17,111 bases of DNA from Gemmatimonadales bacterium (lineage in GTDB: Bacteria; Gemmatimonadota; Gemmatimonadetes; Gemmatimonadales; GWC2-71-9): assembly GCA_041577295.1 (NCBI GenBank), contig JBFGJG010000069.1:1-17111 (forward strand), read 5' to 3'. Of the stretch, positions 1-6,770 are shown in pieces. Position numbers and translations under genes: made by a program. Below the pieces are notes generated by a model. The model was not told where the DNA came from. It saw nothing but the letters and a program-made list of their open reading frames with translations, and made no database searches. Numbering within the stretch: the stretch's first letter is position 1; each line of letters begins with the position of its first letter.

Positions 1-234
1 AGCCGGACCGGTGGGAACGAGTGGGAGCCGCTCACCAAGGGTCTGCCACAAAAGGATTGCTACGTCAATGTATTGCGCGACGCGATGGCGGTGGATTCGC
101 TCGATCCGTGTGGCGTGTACTTTGGCACCACGGGTGGCCAGGTGTATGCCTCGGCGGATGCGGGCGACAGCTGGACGCCCATTCTGCGCGATCTCCCGGC
201 GGTGCTGTCAGTGGAAGTGCAGACATTGCCATGA
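1..234 (+). CDS. 3' end of BNR/Asp-box beta-propeller (sialidase/Ycf48-like) protein, truncated by the window edge
   Basis: Not in the ORF track. Frame 1 reads [77 protein letters not shown], with Asp-box SxDxGxSW (SADAGDSW). Stop TGA 232-234 overlaps the next ATG (ATGA). Confidence 0.85.
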   Translation, partial: SRTGGNEWEPLTKGLPQKDCYVNVLRDAMAVDSLDPCGVYFGTTGGQVYASADAGDSWTPILRDLPAVLSVEVQTLP

Positions 235-527
235 TCCGGGTCGTGCTCCCGCATCATCTGCGGACCCTGGCGCGCGTCGGCGCCGAGGTCGAGATCGAGG
301 TGCGAGGTGAGGCGACACCGCGCGCGGTGCTCGATGCGCTCGAGGCCAAGTATCCCGTGCTCAGGGGCACGATCCGCGATCACATCACACAGGAACGGCG
401 CGCGTTCTTGCGCTTCTTCGCGTGCGAGCAGGACCTCTCCCACGAAGACCTCGACACACCCTTACCGGACCCGGTGGCGAACGGTGCGGAGCCTTTCATG
501 GTTGTCGGGGCGATGGCGGGCGGGTGA
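231..527 (+). CDS. MoaD/ThiS-family ubiquitin-like (beta-grasp) protein, 98 aa
   Basis: [14 protein letters not shown]...[13 protein letters not shown]...VVGAMAGG* ends in Gly-Gly. The ATG at 231 is coupled to the upstream stop. The ORF-track start at 21 overlaps the upstream gene and is unlikely. Confidence 0.88.
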   Translation: MIRVVLPHHLRTLARVGAEVEIEVRGEATPRAVLDALEAKYPVLRGTIRDHITQERRAFLRFFACEQDLSHEDLDTPLPDPVANGAEPFMVVGAMAGG

Positions 528-544
528 GCTGACGCACCGGGAAC

Positions 545-573
545 TTGCCGGCCGGCATCGGTGTCTATATCAT
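545..573 (+). promoter_or_regulatory. Sigma70-type promoter of the padR-permease operon
   Basis: TTGCCG (545-550), 17 nt spacer, TATCAT (568-573). The ATG is only 10 nt further and no Shine-Dalgarno is present. Confidence 0.6.
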
Positions 574-583
574 AGACACCGAT
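557..583. promoter_or_regulatory. Perfect 12-bp inverted repeat, probable PadR operator
   Basis: ATCGGTGTCTAT-atc-ATAGACACCGAT. It overlaps the predicted -10 and ends one base before the padR ATG. Confidence 0.75.
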
Positions 584-913
584 ATGCCACCATCCAGCCT
601 CGGCGACTTCGAGCAGCTCGTCCTCCTCGCTGTGCTCCAGCTGGGAGACGACGCCTACGCCGCCTCGATCCGAAGCCGCATCGAGGAAGCCGCGGAGCGG
701 CGCGTTACGCGTGGGGCGCTGTACGCCACCCTCGACCGGCTCGTCGACAAGGAATTCCTGGACTGGGACGTCGAAGACTCGACCCCCGCGCGCGGCGGCA
801 TCCCGCGGCGCCGATTCTGGGTGAGCGAGGACGGCATGACCGCGCTGCGCCGTTCGTATCGGGCGGTGCGCAATCTCGCACACGGTCTCGACCGCGTGCT
901 CCGGGAAGTCTGA
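584..913 (+). CDS. PadR-family winged-helix transcriptional regulator, 109 aa
   Basis: LGDFEQLVLLAVLQLGDDAYAASI...GALYATLDRLVDKEFL...RGGIPRRRFWVSEDG is a typical PadR signature. It lies directly upstream of a duplicated permease. Confidence 0.92.
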   Translation: MPPSSLGDFEQLVLLAVLQLGDDAYAASIRSRIEEAAERRVTRGALYATLDRLVDKEFLDWDVEDSTPARGGIPRRRFWVSEDGMTALRRSYRAVRNLAHGLDRVLREV

Positions 914-914
914 C

Positions 915-3593
915 GTGCGGTCAGAACCCCACCCCCGTCTCGAGCGTATGTTGGCCGCGCTGCTCGGCCGCACCGCATCCACCCCATTCATTCTTGGCGA
1001 CCTGCGTGAGGACTACCGCGCGCTGAGAGCACGCTGGTCCGTCCTGCGGACCGATCTGTGGTACCTCGCTGAATCCGTACGTATCGCGACCCGAGTGCGA
1101 TGGGCGCGTCGCAAACACCGCCGCGGTCCCGCCCCTGCCACGCAACCGCTAGCGCGACCCGATCGAGGAGAACCGATGCGCACCGAGCTTCGTCAGGCAA
1201 CCAGATTCCTGCGGCGCCGACCCGCATTCTCCGGCGCGATCGTCTTAACGGTAGCAGTGGCTATCGCGGCAACGACGCTCGCGTTTGCCGTGGTGGACGC
1301 GGTGCTCATCGAGCCACTGCCATACGCCAACGCGGATCGCCTGGCGGTGGTATGGGAGCGAAACGTCGAGCGAAACCGCGGCCGCAACGTCACCTCGCCG
1401 GCCAACTACCTCACATGGCGTGATGAGCTGAGCTCGTTCGATGCGCTAGGATCACTCGTGGAATTCAGCACGACGATGTTGGGCGCCGGTGAGGCCGAAC
1501 GCGTTGGGGCCATCTCCGCTGCCGCCGCGTATTTCGATATCGTCGGCGCGACGCCAGTCGTCGGTCGCCTGTACGACGAGCAGGACGACATGGATGGCGC
1601 CGAGCCGGTGGTGGTGCTGTCCGAAGGCTATTGGCGTCGCCGCTTTGGTTCGGATCCAGCGGTCGTGGGACAAACGCTCACGCTCGCCGGTGCGCAGCGC
1701 ACGGTGATCGGTGTCCTGCCCGAGCGCTTTGACTTTCAGCCTGAAGCGTCCTTCGGCGCGATCGGTTCGCGCGATGTGTGGGTGCCACCACAATTCTCCG
1801 CGTCCGCGCGCGAAGCGACCGGCCGCTACCTCCACGTCATCGGCCGGCTCGCGGAAGGAGTGACCGTCGAGCGAGCGCAAGCGGAAGCATCCGCCCTGGC
1901 CACGCGGCTCGCCGAGACGTTCCCCGACCGCCAGGCCGGATGGGCCTTCGACGTGTTCCCGCTCAAGCGGGACCTGGTGGGCGACGCGCGGACCACCATC
2001 CTGATCGTTTTCGGCGCGGTGACGTTCGTGCTGCTCATCGCGTGTGCCAACGTTGCCAACCTGCTCATGACCCGCGCGACCGAGCGTCAGCAGGAGATGG
2101 CGGTCCGGTCGGCGATGGGCGCAAGCTATCGACGGCTGCTGCGGCAGCTGCTGTTCGAAAGCCTGATTCTTTCGCTCGTGGGTGGCGCGATTGGCCTTGC
2201 CACGGCGTATGGGGGTCTCCAGTGGTTGGTGTCCGCTGCACCCGATCTCCCGCGCCACGAGGCCATAGGCCTCGACGTGAGCGTCGCCGGGTTCGCACTC
2301 CTTGCAACGCTCATCACGGCACTGCTCTTCGGGCTGGCTCCCGCCCTGCACATTGTGGGCGCCGATGTGGCCTCGTGGCTCAAAGAGCGAGGGACCGCGG
2401 GCCGGAGAGGGGCAAACCGGATGCGCGGCGCGCTCGTGGTCGCTCAGGTAGCGCTTTCATTGGTCTTGCTGATCGGCGCTGGGCTGCTCATTCGCAGTCT
2501 CTCGAATCGCCTCAGCGTTGGTGTGGGCTTCGATGTTTCCAATCTTCTGACCGCCGAGCTGCAACCTCCGAGCAGTCGCTACGAAGGAGAACAGGCCAAA
2601 ACCGAGTTCTTCGAGCAGCTGGTGGACCGGATGTCTTCGGCACCGGGTGTTCGCTCAACCAGTGCGATCGTGTTTGCACCGCTCGCCGGCTTGGGCTCCG
2701 CGACGAGCTTCTGGCCCAACGATCGCCCGATCCCGGAGGCCGGACAACATCCGGTTGCCGACGTGCGGTGGGTGCATCGTGACCTACACAAAACACTTGG
2801 TATACCGCTCATGGCGGGACGATACTTCGACGAAACCGACCGGCAAGACGCCCCGCTACACGTGCTCATCAATCAGACAGGCGCACAGCAGCTGTGGCCA
2901 GGCGAGCAAGCCGTTGGCAAACAAATCGCGATGCCGTGGGGTGACACGCTCATCGCCGAAGTGATCGGCGTGGTTGGCGACATGCGGTACGCCGGCCCAG
3001 ATACCGAGCTCCGCACGATGCTGTACTGGGACCACCGCCAGATGCGTCCGTTCAGTCAGATGACCATGGTGATTCGCACTGACAGCGATCCCATGGCGAT
3101 TCTCCCAACGTTGCGCTTCGTGGTGCGCGAGATGGATCCCGAGCTGCCCATCTACAACGTGCGCGTGATGTCGGATCTCTTTGCCGATGCGTTGGCCCGG
3201 GCCCGCTTCACCACGGTGAGCCTCGGCGTCTTTGCGTTCCTCGCGCTCTTCCTGGCCGCCGTCGGCATCTACGGCGTCATGGCGTACTCGACTCAGCAAC
3301 GTGCCCAGGAGATCGGCATCCGGCTGGCGCTGGGTGCTGACCGGACAGCGGTGACCCGCATGGTCGTGCGCCAGGGGATGCTGCTCGTTAGTGTGGCACT
3401 GGCGCTCGGCGCGGTCGGCGCCGTCGGTCTCTCGCGATTGCTGCAGAGTCTGGTGTTTGACCTGAGCACCACCGATCCACCCACATTCCTTATTATGGCG
3501 GTCCTCCTCGGCCTCACGGGGCTGGTGGCTTGCTGGCTGCCGGCGCGCCGGGCCGGGCGCATCGATCCCCTCGAAGCGATCCGCGCCGAGTAA
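915..3593 (+). CDS. ADOP-like duplicated ABC permease (two MacB periplasmic + FtsX modules) with N-terminal prefix domain; no cognate ATPase adjacent
   Basis: Motifs VLLIACANVANLLMTRATERQQEMAVRSAMGA, LVVAQVALSLVLLIGAGLLIRS, GIYGVMAYSTQQRAQEIGIRLALGA and C-terminal WLPARRAGRIDPLEAIRAE. GTG start is 1 nt after the padR stop. An alternative start at 1176 has SD GAGGAG. Confidence 0.93.
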   Translation: MRSEPHPRLERMLAALLGRTASTPFILGDLREDYRALRARWSVLRTDLWYLAESVRIATRVRWARRKHRRGPAPATQPLARPDRGEPMRTELRQATRFLRRRPAFSGAIVLTVAVAIAATTLAFAVVDAVLIEPLPYANADRLAVVWERNVERNRGRNVTSPANYLTWRDELSSFDALGSLVEFSTTMLGAGEAERVGAISAAAAYFDIVGATPVVGRLYDEQDDMDGAEPVVVLSEGYWRRRFGSDPAVVGQTLTLAGAQRTVIGVLPERFDFQPEASFGAIGSRDVWVPPQFSASAREATGRYLHVIGRLAEGVTVERAQAEASALATRLAETFPDRQAGWAFDVFPLKRDLVGDARTTILIVFGAVTFVLLIACANVANLLMTRATERQQEMAVRSAMGASYRRLLRQLLFESLILSLVGGAIGLATAYGGLQWLVSAAPDLPRHEAIGLDVSVAGFALLATLITALLFGLAPALHIVGADVASWLKERGTAGRRGANRMRGALVVAQVALSLVLLIGAGLLIRSLSNRLSVGVGFDVSNLLTAELQPPSSRYEGEQAKTEFFEQLVDRMSSAPGVRSTSAIVFAPLAGLGSATSFWPNDRPIPEAGQHPVADVRWVHRDLHKTLGIPLMAGRYFDETDRQDAPLHVLINQTGAQQLWPGEQAVGKQIAMPWGDTLIAEVIGVVGDMRYAGPDTELRTMLYWDHRQMRPFSQMTMVIRTDSDPMAILPTLRFVVREMDPELPIYNVRVMSDLFADALARARFTTVSLGVFAFLALFLAAVGIYGVMAYSTQQRAQEIGIRLALGADRTAVTRMVVRQGMLLVSVALALGAVGAVGLSRLLQSLVFDLSTTDPPTFLIMAVLLGLTGLVACWLPARRAGRIDPLEAIRAE

Positions 3594-3705
3594 CTTCCCT
3601 ACCCCGATCGCTCGACTGGTCTCGAGAACTTGTCGATTTCGCGCGGTCGCAATCGACGAGTAGGTGAGGCTCGTTGAACGCTTCCGCGACATGGGGGTAG
3701 GGACG
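3594..3705. repeat. Inverted repeat pair (13/15 match, 10-bp perfect core) flanking the first ECF42 promoter
   Basis: CTTCCCTACCCCGAT (3594-3608) vs ATGGGGGTAGGGACG (3691-3705). Perfect core is TCCCTACCCC (3596-3605) / GGGGTAGGGA (3694-3703). Confidence 0.6.
3631..3657 (+). promoter_or_regulatory. ECF42-type promoter upstream of the sigma gene (autoregulatory)
   Basis: TGTCGATT-N14-TCGAC matches the ECF42 consensus (-35 TGTCGA, -10 CGAC/CGTC). A second copy at 5009 has identical spacing. Confidence 0.75.
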
Positions 3706-3744
3706 CTGAAGTAAATCCCGGCCAATCGTGCAACAAAAAACCCG

Positions 3745-4998
3745 ATGAACGACGAAGCCGCCGCCGGTGTGCGGGAAACGGTAGACGCGATCTACCGTGC
3801 CGAGTCGCGTCGCGTTCTCGCCACCCTGATTCGCCTGCTGGGCGACTTCGATCTCGCCGAGGAGGCGCTGCACGATGCATTCACGGCGGCGGTGGAGCGT
3901 TGGCCGCGGGATGGTGTCCCCGCCAACCCGCGGGCGTGGCTCGTCTCGACTGGCCGCTTCAAGGCGATCGATGCACTGCGACGACGCGCCCGATTCGATG
4001 CCTCTCAAAGCCGACTCATGGAGCAAATCGATACCAGCGGGTGGGACGCGGACGTGACCGACGACGAGGGCGTTGAGGATGACCAGCTGCGCTTGATCTT
4101 TACGTGCTGCCATCCCGCGCTGCCACCAGATGGCCAGGTCGCATTGACCTTACGCGAGGTCTGCGGCCTCACCACCGAAGAGATAGCCCATGCCTTTCTG
4201 ACCTCGGCGCCCACCGTCGCGCAACGGATCGTGCGTGCCAAGGCGAAGATCCGTGACGCGCGCATCCCGTACGAGGTTCCTTCACGGACCGACCTTCCGG
4301 AGCGGCTCGATACCGTGCTCCGGGTCGTGTACCTCGTGTTCAACGAGGGCTACGTGGCGTCCTCGGGTGCGTCGCTCACCCGTCACGATCTCTCGGCCGA
4401 GGCCATTCGGTTGGGACGGCTCCTGATCGAGCTGTTGCCGGAGCCGGAGGTGGCGGGTCTGCTGGCGCTGATGCTGTTGCAGGAGTCGCGGCGCCCGACG
4501 CGGACTTCGCCTGATGGTGACCTGGTGTTGCTCGAAGACCAGGACCGGTCGCAATGGAATCGAGTCCACATCCGGGACGGCACGGCGCTGGTGGAGCGCG
4601 CGCTCGCGTCGCGCCGGTTTGGCCCTTACACGCTACAGGCGGCGATCGCCGCGGTGCACGCCGAGGCACCCAATGCCGCTGATACCGACTGGGCGCAGAT
4701 CGTTGGCCTCTACGACGTGCTCGCCCGAGTGGACCCCTCACCGGTGATCGAACTCAATCGCGCGGTGGCCGTGGCGATGCGCGACGGGCCCGAGGCCGGG
4801 CTCCGACTGATCGACGCGATCTTTGCGCGCGGCGAGCTGCTCGAGTACCACTGGGCGCACTCGGCGCGGGCCGACCTCTGCCGGCGGCTCGGAAGAAACG
4901 AGGAGGCCCGCGCCTCGTATCGTCGGGCGCTCGGACTGACACGGCAGGAAACTGAGCGGCGGTTTTTGGAGCGGCGGCTCGCGGAGGTGGGGAGCTAG
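3745..4998 (+). CDS. ECF sigma factor, ECF42 group, with C-terminal DUF6596/TPR extension, 417 aa
   Basis: Region 2 DFDLAEEALHDAF...WPRDGVPANPRAWL; region 4 LRLIFTCCHPAL...VALTLREVCGLTTEEIAHAFL; VYLVFNEGY; GPYTLQAAIAAVHA; SPVIELNRAVA. A DGPF gene is adjacent. Confidence 0.95.
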   Translation: MNDEAAAGVRETVDAIYRAESRRVLATLIRLLGDFDLAEEALHDAFTAAVERWPRDGVPANPRAWLVSTGRFKAIDALRRRARFDASQSRLMEQIDTSGWDADVTDDEGVEDDQLRLIFTCCHPALPPDGQVALTLREVCGLTTEEIAHAFLTSAPTVAQRIVRAKAKIRDARIPYEVPSRTDLPERLDTVLRVVYLVFNEGYVASSGASLTRHDLSAEAIRLGRLLIELLPEPEVAGLLALMLLQESRRPTRTSPDGDLVLLEDQDRSQWNRVHIRDGTALVERALASRRFGPYTLQAAIAAVHAEAPNAADTDWAQIVGLYDVLARVDPSPVIELNRAVAVAMRDGPEAGLRLIDAIFARGELLEYHWAHSARADLCRRLGRNEEARASYRRALGLTRQETERRFLERRLAEVGS

Positions 4999-5008
4999 AA
5001 CTGGCCTT

Positions 5009-5035
5009 TGTCGATTGCGGCCTCCCCCGTTCGAC
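5009..5035 (+). promoter_or_regulatory. ECF42-type promoter upstream of the DGPF/YciI gene
   Basis: TGTCGATT-N14-TCGAC, starting 11 nt after the sigma stop codon. Confidence 0.8.
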
Positions 5036-5079
5036 TATTTCATAGCATGGGATCGTTTCACCCCAAAAAAGGAGGCCTT

Positions 5080-5436
5080 ATGAAGTACCTGTGTCTCATC
5101 TACGAGGACGAAAAGATCTGGGAAAAGATGCCCAAGGCCGATTCCGAGAAGGTCTTTGGCGAGTACTACGCGTTCGAGGAGGGGATCAAGAAGAGCCGGC
5201 AATACATCGGCGGCAATGCGTTGCAGCCCACCCAGACCGCGACGACCGTGCGGGTCCGCAACGGCAAGGTCTCGACCACGGATGGGCCATTCGCGGAAAC
5301 CAAGGAACAGCTCGGTGGGTACTACCTGATCGAGGCCAAGGACCTCAACGACGCCCTCCAGGTCGCCTCGCGGATCCCGGGTGCCAAGTTCGGTAGCGTC
5401 GAGGTGCGGCCCATCATGGTTTTCGAGGAGCAGTAG
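5080..5436 (+). CDS. DGPF/YciI-family protein, 118 aa
   Basis: MKYLCLIYEDE...ALQPTQTATTVRVRNGKVSTTDGPFAETKEQLGGYYLIEAKDLNDALQVASRIPGAKFGSVEVRPI. SD AAGGAGG at 5069-5075 supports ATG 5080 rather than 5008. Confidence 0.95.
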   Translation: MKYLCLIYEDEKIWEKMPKADSEKVFGEYYAFEEGIKKSRQYIGGNALQPTQTATTVRVRNGKVSTTDGPFAETKEQLGGYYLIEAKDLNDALQVASRIPGAKFGSVEVRPIMVFEEQ

Positions 5437-5443
5437 CCGCAGG

Positions 5444-5917
5444 CTACGCACCGTGTGTAGGATCGGCCAGCCGCAACGTCGGCAGCTGCCGATCGTTGTC
5501 CTTGAAGCCTGCTCCGGCATAGAGTCGCTGCGCGACGGTATTGTCACGTCCGACCTCGAGGTGCAAGGCACGTACGCCTTCGGCCTTGCACCTCGCCCGA
5601 ACGGTGGCGAGCGCCAACGTGCCTAATCCCATACCGCGGTCCCGAGGCCGCACGTACAGGTCATCGACGAAAGCGTCTCGGCCACCGTATTCCATGCTGT
5701 AACCAAGCGTGAGGACCACATAGCCGGCGATGTCCGAGTCCACCTCGAGCAGCCAAACCGCACCGAGCCGCGGGTCCGAAAGCAGCTCTTCGAACGCGTG
5801 CTCTGCACGATCACTGTTCAGCCGATACCCGGATTCTCCGTAGAACTCCCCCATCAACGCGAGGAGCCGTCCGATATCGTGGGTATTGGCGAGCCGGACG
5901 GTTGGTTTGTTGGTCAT
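5444..5917 (-). CDS. GNAT-family N-acetyltransferase, 157 aa
   Basis: Motif A FVDDLYVRPRDRGMGLGT and motif B LHLEVGRDNTVAQRLYAGAGF. Confidence 0.93.
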   Translation of the reverse strand: MTNKPTVRLANTHDIGRLLALMGEFYGESGYRLNSDRAEHAFEELLSDPRLGAVWLLEVDSDIAGYVVLTLGYSMEYGGRDAFVDDLYVRPRDRGMGLGTLALATVRARCKAEGVRALHLEVGRDNTVAQRLYAGAGFKDNDRQLPTLRLADPTHGA

Positions 5918-6138
5918 GGTCGAGAGGGGTGCGGGCCGAGAAAAGTAAAAGTCCGGGACTCGGCTACGAGGGCCTGCTCGTCGGCGGAATCGGCGCCGCG
6001 AGCGGCCGGCTGGCCAGGGGGCGCGCTCTTTGCAGTGCCGGAGGGGACGCGGGGATCACCATAGCGCGGTCTTGCTGGCCCCTTGCCGCCGCGTCTATTT
6101 GAGATACTCGGCGAGGCGTCGTTCACCGGAACCCGGCC

Positions 6139-6744
6139 ATGCCACATCGCGATCAGAAGACCGTCACCAGATTACTCGACGAGTTGCGGTCAGGCCGTCG
6201 CGAGGCCTATGACGAGCTGTTTCCCCTCGTGTATGAAGAGCTTCGAGCCCTCGCCCATCGACAACGACGGAAATGGCGCGGCAACGACACGCTCAACACG
6301 ACCGCCCTCGTGCACGAAGCGTATCTCAAGCTCGTGTCGCAGAGCACCGCGGACTGGGAGACCGAGGCGCACTTCCTCGCCGCGGCCGGTAAGGCAATCC
6401 GCCATATCCTGATCAACTACGCCCGTGATCAACAGGCAAAGAAGCGCGGCGGGGGTTTGCATCGCGCGCAGCCCTCGGCGGTGGATCTCGCTGCGGACCC
6501 GCTGACCGACTCAGGCCAGACACCTGAAGCGATCATCGCCCTCGAGCTGGCACTCACTCGCCTCGCACAGCACAGCGAACGCCAAAGTCGGATCGTCGAG
6601 TGCCGCTTCTTTGGCGGCATGACGATCAAGCAAACCGCCGCAGCACTCGGCATCTCCACCGCCACCGTCGAGCGGGGATGGACCATGGCGCAGGCATGGC
6701 TGCACCGTGAACTGCGCGCCTCGCTACGAGGAGCCGACGCATAG
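6139..6744 (+). CDS. ECF sigma factor, TIGR02999/ECF43-like (Ser/Thr kinase-activated type), 201 aa
   Basis: VTRLLDELRSGRREAYDELFPLVYEELRALAHR...DTLNTTALVHEAYLKL...IRHILINYARDQQAKKRGGG...IVECRFFGGMTIKQTAAALGISTATVERGWTMAQAWL. NTTA replaces the usual DAED motif. Confidence 0.92.
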   Translation: MPHRDQKTVTRLLDELRSGRREAYDELFPLVYEELRALAHRQRRKWRGNDTLNTTALVHEAYLKLVSQSTADWETEAHFLAAAGKAIRHILINYARDQQAKKRGGGLHRAQPSAVDLAADPLTDSGQTPEAIIALELALTRLAQHSERQSRIVECRFFGGMTIKQTAAALGISTATVERGWTMAQAWLHRELRASLRGADA

Positions 6745-6770
6745 CCACGCCACACCACGGTCCCCCTCCA

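Noticed and set aside
1452..3725. Long alternative-frame and antisense ORFs over the permease (1452-2351, 1778-2782, 2856-3725)
   Set aside because: They are shadow ORFs typical of high-GC DNA, have no recognisable motifs, and overlap a well-supported gene.
5960..6050. Possible frameshifted remnant of a glycine-rich membrane gene (YEGLLVGGIGAA / AAGWPGGALFAVPE in two frames)
   Set aside because: It is too short, has no start or SD, and Gly/Ala-rich translations arise by chance at this GC content. A tBLASTn hit spanning both frames would be needed.
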